In this document: one piece after another, positions 19,525 through 28,804 of the stretch
Layout of the letters: the number at the start of each line of letters is the position of its first letter
Position numbering within the stretch: the first letter of the stretch is position 1
Origin: Paramicrosporidium saccamoebae KSL3
Lineage: Eukaryota > Fungi > Cryptomycota
Length of the DNA stretch: 32,000 nt
Assembly: GCA_002794465.1 (NCBI GenBank)
Contig: MTSL01000205.1
Location: 93,753 to 125,752 of the forward strand
Direction of reading: 5' to 3'
Made by a program: the position numbers and the translations under genes
The notes under the pieces: generated by a model
What the model saw: the letters and a program-made list of their open reading frames with translations, nothing else
Databases searched by the model: none
Told to the model about the DNA's origin: nothing

Positions 19525-19893
19525 TGGCGCCGCAACCCGGCCTCTTGTTGAACATATACATAAAAATTATGATCCTGTATCATAGCAACTGTGACGTAGA
19601 GACTCTTTAACCTACGCACAGAAACTGCTATTGCACACGCTAAACGAGTTTTGTTTTTTGAATATAGACTGTTTTATAGGCCGGATCCTTTCATTTGATT
19701 CTGTTGCAATTATGGGTTGTTATCTTTTAAACATGGTAGTTTGTTTCACCACGTATCAGCAACTTCCCCTGACACTTAATCGTAATTCCACCTGTCATAT
19801 AATATCTACTCTTTCGACACAATCAGGAACTGAAGATGACGCATCACAGCAGCTCACAGAGGCCAAATAGTACTTTTGACCAGGGTGATCGGA

Positions 19894-22800
19894 ATGGCCA
19901 ACGGCACTTTGCCAGCCAAATCGAACCCTGCTACACAAGAGAGTATTGTGTGTCATCCTCCAGTCTCTTACCGTGTAGAAACAGCTATAATGCCTACCAA
20001 CAACACTGACTCGCGCAAGCCAGTGATCGTAGCCGGTGAGGGTGTCTCCCCACACAAGCCTACCGAAGGAATGCCCACTTTTGGGACTATGCGTCCTGGC
20101 GTTTCATTCAAGAACATTGTCGCCCAACACGCCCCTGCTGCCAAGAAGGATGACGGAAAGACAATTGTTTCAGAGGTGGCTGTGCCTGGTGGCGGAACAT
20201 CGCTCAAATTTGGAAGCTTTAATGCCTCCCTGCCTATGCGTGTACAAAGCGCCCCTCCACAGCTAGAAGAACAGGAGCAGGTGGCTCCGGCCAGTCTGGG
20301 GGCTCTTGAAGCCACTCCAGAAGGCGTACCGGCACAATTCAGCGGACATAATCAAGGGTCGTCCGTCGCGGCGCCTCTTCCTGAAAATGCTCGTCCGTTT
20401 GTGCCCACTGGAGAGGCGCGTCCTTTCTATCCTCAAGGAGGACCTGCTTACTACGGAAATGGTATGAATTATGCACCATATCCTCCCATGGCCTACTACG
20501 CCCCTCGCCCCTATGGAAATTATTACCCCCAACAGGCGTACTATCAGCCTGGTAATTCCACCTATCGTCCATACCAAAACTACCAATCGCATCCTGTCCA
20601 GCCCCAGACTACTGCGCCTGTTCAGGAAAATGCTCCATCTGCCCCTACTCCCTCGGTTACAATTACCGCTCCCCCCGCTCCTGCTGCAGTGCCAAGACAG
20701 ACCAAGAAGATTGCCATTGTCGATCCCACCACTGGACAGGAAATTGAAATTGGAGCAGTGCCAAAGCTTTCTAAGCCTGCCGACAAGACAATAGTAAAGA
20801 TTGAACCTCCGAGTCAGCAAGTCCCATCGACTGCAGCTGCCTCCGATGTGGCTGAATCCCCTCGCAAAACTGTGGTCCTTGTTGATCCCAGGAGCAATCA
20901 GGCTGTAGACATTGCCAAACTTGCAGCTGGAGAGATTTTACCAACTCCCATGGACGAGGTTGACGAGGAAGATGTATTTGCAGGAGGTGTCACTGATGCC
21001 AGCGAGGAAGAGTCTGAGGAAGGCGAAGAGGACGCTTTCCCGACCGATCTTCAGTTCCCAGTCATTTTGACACGGGCCATTAAAGTGTCCTATCCGGAGG
21101 GATCCATTAAATTTGCCTTCCCTGAAGAAGGAGAGCCTCTCCGCTACTCTTCAGAATTTTTGCTCCAGTTTGCTGACCATTGTCAAGGTGATGCCCAGGA
21201 TATTGCCTCGGTTGCCTTCCCCAAGGACATTCCTGAGCGTCCATCCACATCTAAACGTGGAGGTGGTCGATCTGGACGTGGCGGACGCGGAAGCACTTCC
21301 ACCCGTCGCTACACTGCCGCTGAGACTGTCCTCTCTAATCGTGCCGAAGACGCTTGGAAGAGAGCAAACGATATGGCTTTGGACGAGGATTTGGTTCTGC
21401 TGCGTGAAATGAAGCAGATTCTGAACAAGTTGACAGAGGAGAAATTTGAAAAGCTGACTGATCAAATTCTGGAAATGAGCATTTTGAAGCCTGCCGTCAT
21501 GACTGGAGTCATTGACATGCTTTTTGACAAGGCTGTTGAAGAGCCCCGCTATGCGCCTTTGTATGCGCGCCTCTGTCTCTCCATCGCCAGACATGAGGTG
21601 GAGCAGCAAAAGAAGGACTTGTCTGCTGAAGAGCAGGAAAAGGCCAACTCCATCTTCCGCAAGCATCTTGTCACCAAGTGCCAAATTGAGTATCAGGCCA
21701 AACGCGCGTATACTTCCCAGCGTTTGGAAATGTTAATGGCCAAGGCCATGGCTGAGGCTGGTGAATCGGAAGAGTCTGTAGAAGAGTCCAGCGAAAAGAA
21801 GGGCGAGACTAAGCCGACTACCGTTAGCGGCGAACTTACTGAAGACGACTATGCCATGATCAAGACTAAGCGTCGTGTTCTTGGAAACATGAAGTTTATC
21901 GGAGAGCTCTACATGGTCGGACTCATTCCTCCCAAGATTATGCACACGGTTATCCAGGAACTATTGACTGACATTGTTAACCCTGAAGAAGAGGAAGTGG
22001 AATCAGTTTGTCGATTGATTCCCACCATCGGGGCAATGTTGGATACTCCAGAAAGCTCAAGCTATTGGGCCAAATACATTGAGCGTCTTCGTGGTCTTTC
22101 TGTGAACACCAAGTTGCCTACTAGAGTTCGTTTCATGCTTCAAGACCTGCTTGAATTGCGTGCAAATGGATGGAAAAAGGCCAAGCCTGCTCCTCTTCGT
22201 CGTGAGCCTCGTGAGGAGATCCGTAACGAGCGTCATGAGCGTGGCGACAATCGTCGTGGAAGTGGTAATGTTCGTCGTTACACCACCGGACCTCGCGGAG
22301 GAGACGCCCGTACTCAAGATGTTCGATTTGAGAAATCTGGAAGCTCTCGCAGCCAGGCTCGCACCACCACAGCCTCGGACGATCAAATCCCCCGTCCTCC
22401 CTCTGCAATCAGCAGAACAAGCCAGGAATCTCTCAATCGCTACCAAGCCCTAGAGGCTGAAGAAGCGACTGTCGAAGGGGTTCCCACCCCCACTAGCACT
22501 CCCGCCGACTCTGACGTATCGACATCCCAACTAGATGAAAAGATTTTGTCAAAGCTAACTGCAGTTTTTAGCGAGTCCCAGAGTCAAAAGAACTACAGTG
22601 ATGTCAAGGAGATTGTTGAGGAAATTGCCCTTCCTTATCGGGGATCTGCGCTTAAAGCATTGGTTCTATATTCCATGGACAAGGGAAGGAAGCACGTCAA
22701 CTCGCTCCTGGTCGATGTACTCCCTCTTCTGTTTGCCAGTGGAGATGATCTGCTTCCGTCGACCGTTGTCTGTTCCGGACTTTCAGAGTCGTTTGAAATG

Positions 22801-23121
22801 TTGGATGATCTCGTCGTTGACATTCCAAATGCCATTGAATTCGCAGGATTATTTTCTGCGGCATTTTTGGATGCGCAAAAGTTTAATCTTGCCACCTTGG
22901 TAGAGAGCATCCTGGCAAGCGTCTTTGAGCGCGACTCGCTGATGGCGGCCAAGGTTGTTCTTTACGCACTACATGCTAGTCGGCGAGAGGATAAACGCGC
23001 TTTAATTGAAGAGTCAAAGGAGGTCCTGGACAAGTGTGTCTATGAACCGACCAATTCCTCTTCAGTGCACACATTGGCCACAAAGTTGGAGTTGGTTGAT
23101 CTCCTGCAGCTCTCGGCCTAG
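19894..23121 (+). CDS. eIF4G: Translation initiation factor eIF4G (start ATG 19894 or 19990)
   Basis: eIF4E-binding motif YSSEFLL (YxxxxLphi), MIF4G domain (LNKLT...FDKAVEEP...GNMKFIGELY), RGG/Arg-rich linkers and a C-terminal MA3-like helical region. The track start at 19876 is TTG. Confidence 0.93.
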   Translation: MANGTLPAKSNPATQESIVCHPPVSYRVETAIMPTNNTDSRKPVIVAGEGVSPHKPTEGMPTFGTMRPGVSFKNIVAQHAPAAKKDDGKTIVSEVAVPGGGTSLKFGSFNASLPMRVQSAPPQLEEQEQVAPASLGALEATPEGVPAQFSGHNQGSSVAAPLPENARPFVPTGEARPFYPQGGPAYYGNGMNYAPYPPMAYYAPRPYGNYYPQQAYYQPGNSTYRPYQNYQSHPVQPQTTAPVQENAPSAPTPSVTITAPPAPAAVPRQTKKIAIVDPTTGQEIEIGAVPKLSKPADKTIVKIEPPSQQVPSTAAASDVAESPRKTVVLVDPRSNQAVDIAKLAAGEILPTPMDEVDEEDVFAGGVTDASEEESEEGEEDAFPTDLQFPVILTRAIKVSYPEGSIKFAFPEEGEPLRYSSEFLLQFADHCQGDAQDIASVAFPKDIPERPSTSKRGGGRSGRGGRGSTSTRRYTAAETVLSNRAEDAWKRANDMALDEDLVLLREMKQILNKLTEEKFEKLTDQILEMSILKPAVMTGVIDMLFDKAVEEPRYAPLYARLCLSIARHEVEQQKKDLSAEEQEKANSIFRKHLVTKCQIEYQAKRAYTSQRLEMLMAKAMAEAGESEESVEESSEKKGETKPTTVSGELTEDDYAMIKTKRRVLGNMKFIGELYMVGLIPPKIMHTVIQELLTDIVNPEEEEVESVCRLIPTIGAMLDTPESSSYWAKYIERLRGLSVNTKLPTRVRFMLQDLLELRANGWKKAKPAPLRREPREEIRNERHERGDNRRGSGNVRRYTTGPRGGDARTQDVRFEKSGSSRSQARTTTASDDQIPRPPSAISRTSQESLNRYQALEAEEATVEGVPTPTSTPADSDVSTSQLDEKILSKLTAVFSESQSQKNYSDVKEIVEEIALPYRGSALKALVLYSMDKGRKHVNSLLVDVLPLLFASGDDLLPSTVVCSGLSESFEMLDDLVVDIPNAIEFAGLFSAAFLDAQKFNLATLVESILASVFERDSLMAAKVVLYALHASRREDKRALIEESKEVLDKCVYEPTNSSSVHTLATKLELVDLLQLSA

Positions 23122-23432
23122 AAGTCAACGGACAGTAATACAGAGTAGTACAGTAGCAGTATATCTAACCACAAATATATAGTCAGAAATTGATACGGGT
23201 CTAATTTTAGTGAATTATGTAGTGGTTGGTAGTATGGTAACATGGTAACATGATAGTGTGGGATAGATGACCACAAATCTATTATCAGGAGATGACACGG
23301 GTCCAGCTTTATTTAGCACGTTGAACAGTGGTCAGCAATATGGTAAGGCAGCATATACAGCCGCAAATTATATACCCACAAATACACAGTCATAAATACC
23401 ACTATATTGACGTTCATCTAGGGATTCACCAT

Positions 23433-24374
23433 TCAACGATGAAATGTGCTGGTGGGACTCTCTTCGCCAGCAAAATTGGGGGCCACCTTGTAAAAGTAAG
23501 GATGCGCAAGAGCATCTTGTGCGTGTATCCTAAATGAAGGTCGGTAATCTAGTAGATGTGACAATAGATCCAGTCCCGATGGCTCAATCATGGGAAAAAG
23601 CGTCGACAGACTAGCAGGCTTCGGATACAGTGGGATGGTTCTAAGCCAATCTGGGGGTGGATGATTAGGAGCCAGCAGACTGGACCATTCATCCCGTCGT
23701 GGCGTCCCCAGCAGTTTGAATATCTTCTTTAGCTGATCTTGCGTATTCTTCCCTGGGAACAAGGGACTGCCAACAAAATAGAGCTCCGCCATGATGCAGC
23801 CGATGCTCCACATGTCAATAGGAGTAGAGTATACTGTGGATCCTAAGAGGACATCGGGAGCACGGTACCATAGAGTAACAACTTCGTGAGAGAAGCCGGC
23901 TACTGGAATTCCAAACCCGCGAGCCAATCCAAAATCGGCTACCTTTAATATAGTCCCCTGCTGATCCAACAGCAAGTTCTGTGGCTTCAGGTCCCGATGC
24001 AGGACCCGGTGTTCGTGGCAATGTCTCACAGCATCAATTAGCTGGTAAAGGAGACTCTTTACTTCCGTCGGTTGGAGGGGCCGCTGTGCCGAGCGTCGCA
24101 GGTCGAGAAATTGCTTGAGGTCCTGCTGAAGACACTCGAATACCAAGACAAGCTGCGTTTCCGTGTGAATGACTTCCAGCAGCCGCACAATATTATCATG
24201 GCGTAGTTCCTTCATAAACGCAATCTCGCGAAGCGCAGTAGATGGAGCACCCTCGTCATGGTTTAGCGTGATTTCTTTCAGGGCAACTTGTTCGCCCGTC
24301 AGGTTGTTCCGTGCCCTGTAAACATGCGCATACGTCCCTTCGCCAATCTTCTGCAGCTTGGTGTACTTTTCCAT
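23433..24374 (-). CDS. PHO85: Cyclin-dependent kinase of the PHO85/CDK5 clade, 313 aa
   Basis: GEGTYA, PSTALRE helix, HRDLKPQN, DFGLARGFGIPV, FSHEVVTLWYRAPDVLLGS. MKELRH and PDVLLGS are PHO85-like. Confidence 0.85.
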   Translation of the reverse strand: MEKYTKLQKIGEGTYAHVYRARNNLTGEQVALKEITLNHDEGAPSTALREIAFMKELRHDNIVRLLEVIHTETQLVLVFECLQQDLKQFLDLRRSAQRPLQPTEVKSLLYQLIDAVRHCHEHRVLHRDLKPQNLLLDQQGTILKVADFGLARGFGIPVAGFSHEVVTLWYRAPDVLLGSTVYSTPIDMWSIGCIMAELYFVGSPLFPGKNTQDQLKKIFKLLGTPRRDEWSSLLAPNHPPPDWLRTIPLYPKPASLSTLFPMIEPSGLDLLSHLLDYRPSFRIHAQDALAHPYFYKVAPNFAGEESPTSTFHR

Positions 24375-24591
24375 CTAGCAGAACACCCGACAGTGCCGGC
24401 CTATATACGCCGACGCCGAATGGAGCGGCCTAGTCGCAGCCAATGACTGGATGCCTCCGGCATTCTGATTGGCGCAAATGAAACCATCTTTGGCTAAACT
24501 CAACGACTAATACATTAATTGCCTATTTCGGAAAGTATCGCATAACCTCCCAATATGGTTTCTGTTTGTAACGGAACGCGTCAACCAACAA

Positions 24592-25792
24592 ATGCTGTGG
24601 GCTGTGGACCTTTGTTTGGCATTGACCATTGTGGTCTCCCACATTGCCGCAGCGGCAGCACAACGATATGCTGCCGATATTAGGCAGTGTCCTGTGCTGG
24701 AGCCGCGCAGCAATCCCCCCAAAGACATTGGCGACTTGCGACCCGACGACATTGGCGTCATAATGGCACTCGGAGACTCTGTCACCGCCGGCTTCGGGGC
24801 TAAACTAATTTCCATTCTCGATACAAATATCCTTCAAGAATATCGCGGACTCTCCTTTAGCATTGGCGGTGACCCAAATGCCCCCACTATTGGAAATTTC
24901 ATCAAACATTACCGTCCAGACTTGGTGGGACAGTCCCGCGGAAACCATTTCATCGAATTGTGCTATGATGGTGTCTTTTGCGCGCCGGATGAGCTTGCGT
25001 ACCGTCCCAAACAGGATGTCTTTAATGCGGCTCTCTCGGGAGCCATTTCGGCCACTCTGGGCCTGGAGACAAGATATCTGCTCGGACAGGTAGTACGTCA
25101 TCATGCCGTAAATGTTACAACGGACTGGAAAATGCTGACACTCTTCATCGGCAACAATGAGCTTTGTCACACGAGCTGTGATTCGCGTGAAGACGGGGAA
25201 CCCGGGACAGCCTCCGACTTTGAGCTGCGTGTCATTGCCACATTGGACATTATCCAACAAAGACTCCCGCGGACTCTGGTGAACATTCTGCTGCTTCCCG
25301 ACATGTCGCAGGTGGAGTATTTCGCGAACAATCACATTCGCTGTGTTCATGCAAGACGGCTTCTCGCATCTATCTGTCCCTGTGCTATGAAAAAGGGCGA
25401 GGCAGGACGATGGGCAATGCGTCGTGCCGCTGCAGATTACAATGAGCGTCTAAAGGGCATTGCCACAAGATTTAATCTGCAAGCCAAAAAGTCGGCATCT
25501 GAGACTGGAAAAGCACGCGACTTTGCCGTCATCATCACACCTGTTATGAAGGATATGGACATACGTAATGACGTGCCGGCACATTTTGCCGCCAAATTAG
25601 ATTGTTTCCATCCCTCGGCCACAGCCCATCGCAGTCTGGCCATGGCAGTCTGGTATCCATAATCGTTATTATGACATGCTAATGTATAGGGAGAACCTAT
25701 TTGTGCCGCTTTCCAAGCGCGAAACGCATCTTTTGGAAAAGGAAGAAGTCTATTGTCCCTCTGAGAATGATCGGATTATTCTTGACTTGTAG
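24592..25792 (+). CDS. Secreted GDSL/SGNH phospholipase B1-like lipase, 387 aa; exons 24592-25652 and 25690-25792
   Basis: Signal peptide, ALGDSVTAG, SFSIGGD, FNxAxSGA, LFIGNNELC and DCFHPS. The 37-nt intron 25653-25689 restores W-ENLFVP...YCP, the usual PLB C-terminus. Confidence 0.88.
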
Positions 25793-25830
25793 ATCAAACT
25801 CGAAATTTATAAACTCTTTTCTTAAGTTGC

Positions 25831-27586
25831 ATGAAAGAGGAACCCTCCTCGCATTATTACCAGGCGGAGGAGGACGTCGTAGACTTTGAGTATGATGAGC
25901 AAGCACCCTCTGCTAGTGCATCCACTATGCGGCAGCATTCCGGAAGCAGGGAGGCTCACAACACACGTCGCTCCAGTTCGCCAAAAAGAGAAAGACGCTC
26001 CATCTCGCCTCGCCAAGATGACGAGGCTAGAGGACGTCCATCCCGAGAAGAAAGGCGTCGATCGCCGCCAAGAGGAAGGCGCCATCCGTCGCCAAGACAG
26101 GAAGAGAGGAGGGCAGAGCGCTCACCCCCGAGACATGGGGAAGATAGAAGACCGGCTCATCTGAAGCATCGGGAGGATAAATACCGAAACGATGAACGTC
26201 AGGAGGACAGAAAACCTAATCAGTCTCCGTCTCGGTATAGAGACGATAGGAGACAGGACACTTTGCATCCAAATAGAGGCTCTGCGCATCCAAATCGAGA
26301 TTCTGCGCATCGACATCGAGACCCTTCACATCCAAATCGCGATATTTCGCATCGAAATTGCAATTCTCCTCCACGCGGGCGCTCCCCCTTGGCACGTAAA
26401 GACAAAAGTCCGCTTCGGAAACGGCCCCGCTCGCCATCTGCTCCGCGACGCCACGAGAGCACTAGACGGAAAATCTCCAATAGCCCTCCCAGGACTAACT
26501 TTAGACGCGCTTCGCCAAGGCCAGAGTATTTCTTAGATAGCACGCAGGATGCTCGTCAGAGGATTGTTCGACCGGAAGATATGGAGAGGGTTGCTAGTGA
26601 AGCTTTGTCTGAGAGCCGCCATTATCGAGAACCAGATAGGATCCGGATGCCCTTGAGAGATGAAAGCCCCTCGCCCCCGATGCGGCAAAGCAGAGATGAC
26701 ACTGATTATAGGGGCAATCGAGGACGATCTCCCGTCCCTAGAAAAATCTCTATGCGTCCAGGCGGGCAGGAATATGAGCATCATAAGAGGGCGGTGATTC
26801 CGGTTCATCATGATGTCAGGCCAACAAGCTTGAGCACCTTCGACCTTTTATTGGGAGGAGTAAAATTCACAGAGGCTCTTGTCGGTGGTGGCGAGAATCG
26901 CTTCTTCATTGCTCGCTGCAACTATTACGACATTTTTGTAAAGGCCAAGAGGTCGGCTTTATGGAAGGCACCAGAATATGTAGTCGACCGTATTAGGAAG
27001 GCAGCCGCCTCTGCAGACAAGGTGCTTCTTTTCTTCTCAGTACATGAAACAAAATACTTTCAAGGTTTGTCTATGACTGCTGGCCCTAACCTTATTAGCA
27101 CTGGCAATGGTTGACAAGAATCGGCCCATAGAGTATCCTAATGCAACAGAGAGATTGGCGCGGGTCCCCTTGACTTGGCTCTACATTGTCGATGTTCCTT
27201 TCTATCAAGTGCACCAAATTAATGGTCTCTTTGATCACCAAGGAGATGTTAAAGAATCCTTCGAGGTCAACCCCGATCATTCCGGAAAAATTCTTGTGCT
27301 ATTTGAGAAATTTGCAAGACGAATGACTCTTCGTGGCGGGACTGAAGGAGATGTTGAAGAGAATGTCGATGCCAAGGAGCAGGACGATAGCCATAATCCT
27401 CCAAAAGGAGATGGCGTACAAGAAAGTGTGCGAGATGGGGTGCAAGATGGTATAAAGGAGGGTGTGCAAGACTCTCCAGGAGAGAGTACCAAGGATAATC
27501 CAGGAGAACACTCTGGACTACAGGAAATGGTCGAGGGAAATCCCGTGCGGAATACAGATTTTGAAAGCCATATGGCTGAAGAGTAG
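25831..27586 (+). CDS. YTH-domain protein with long Arg/Ser/Pro-rich N-terminus, 573 aa; exons 25831-27064 and 27099-27586
   Basis: RFFIAR...ALW...VLLFFSVHETKYFQ followed by LTWLYIVDVPF...EVNPDHSGKILVLF aligns by eye to the YTH fold. A 34-nt intron at 27065-27098 has a CTAAC branch site. Confidence 0.8.
26263..26367 (+). repeat. Coding tandem repeat, 5 x 21 bp (x-H-P/R-N/H-R-D-x heptad)
   Basis: LHPNRGS AHPNRDS AHRHRDP SHPNRDI SHRNCNS; DNA unit ~GCATCCAAATCGAGATTCTGC. Confidence 0.85.
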
Positions 27587-27622
27587 CAAATGAGAATAAC
27601 AGACAATTGACCGCGAGATTGA

Positions 27623-28020
27623 TTACACTTCATTTTGATCTTTGTTTCTACCGTTACCCTTGGCGGTGACTGCCTTCTTCTCTAAATACTGCCCCATTTT
27701 TTCTATCTATAGAGCACTCATTATTACCCAATTCGTTAGTTACCAAGCCCGAGTTTCGGCGGAGGGCAAGTCTTACGTCATCGCAGTTAATGGTGGCTCT
27801 CTTCCCATGTCTACATCAATCAGTCACTGTTTTGTGGACACTTGGCAAAGGCCTCGAGGTCGGTAGCAAGCACCCCAAGCTGGCTTTCAATGACCTTGGC
27901 CGCCGCCACTTTTGCACTCTGGGACCATTGTATCCTGAACGAGTCGCTCATTTCCTTGTTCTGCTCTACATTGGTCGCATTCTCCACAAAAGATGCAGCG
28001 AGCTGTACAAATTCGCCCAT
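27623..28020 (-). CDS. MHF1: CENP-S/MHF1 histone-fold protein, 109 aa; exons 27842-28020, 27744-27810, 27623-27706
   Basis: Not shown whole in the ORF track. Removing a 31-nt intron (27811-27841) and a 37-nt intron (27707-27743) gives DLEAFAKHGKRATINCDDVRLALRRN, the CENP-S signature. Confidence 0.9.
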
Positions 28021-28044
28021 CCTTTTGCTGATTGGCTGGCAGAA

Positions 28045-28651
28045 ATGCTCCGCCTTAATGCTGTCAACGCATATCGCCGACCAGCCTGCCGGTTATTATT
28101 CTCCTATGGAGGACCGCAGCCTGTTCTGGTGGATACAGACGGCACACACCGCCAAGTGCTATACACTGGACCGATGAATAGTCTTGTCAGCAGGGCCAAG
28201 GTTACTTCACTGATAAGTGCAGGCACAAGCATCCTGGCTGCTCCGCTAATTATCCGGTACCTTGGGAGCGACGCCTGGAGCCTAGCATCTAATATATTCT
28301 TCTGTTCTGGAGGTAAAGAGCAGCTGTGTAGATTGATGTGTAGTTAGTGCAGCGGCTGGCGGACAGCTTTGGGCCACCAGCGGCATTCTTGGTAGATACG
28401 TGGTGCACGCATATCAGCTAAAGTCGTCTAGTGGCAGTGAAGACAATATTCCACTCCAGGATCAGCTTATTGAACTAGAATCGTACGACTGGACGGGACG
28501 GCTGCGTCGTCGTGCATTTTTTATCAGGGATTTGTACATGAGCAATACTGGAGAATTAACATCTCGATCTTCGGGAGACAGATACACCTTCTGCCCACAC
28601 ATCTGCCAACAATCGCCAATATTGAATGAGATTATGATGTCCAAAAAATAA
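28045..28651 (+). CDS. TMEM70-family mitochondrial membrane protein, 191 aa; exons 28045-28312 and 28344-28651
   Basis: Presequence-like MLRLNAVNAYRRPACRLL, then LYTGPM followed by two hydrophobic segments and RYVVHAY. A 31-nt intron at 28313-28343 joins the two track ORFs in frame. Confidence 0.7.
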
Positions 28652-28804
28652 ATGCGACCAATCAGTAGTGGCATCGCTGTCAATTGGCGGAGGTCCAAGA
28701 CATTTGGAGTTGACCAATGAGAATCGAAACAGTGTTTCAAGGCTTCTGCACCGAGTCTTAATGTTAATCCAGTCAAAAGAGCCATAGTTTCCTTATCATT
28801 TGTC

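Noticed and set aside
25653-25689. 5' splice site GTATCCAT resembling a U12-type intron
   Set aside because: It deviates from RTATCCTT, and the branch site is U2-like (GCTAAT) rather than TCCTTAAC.
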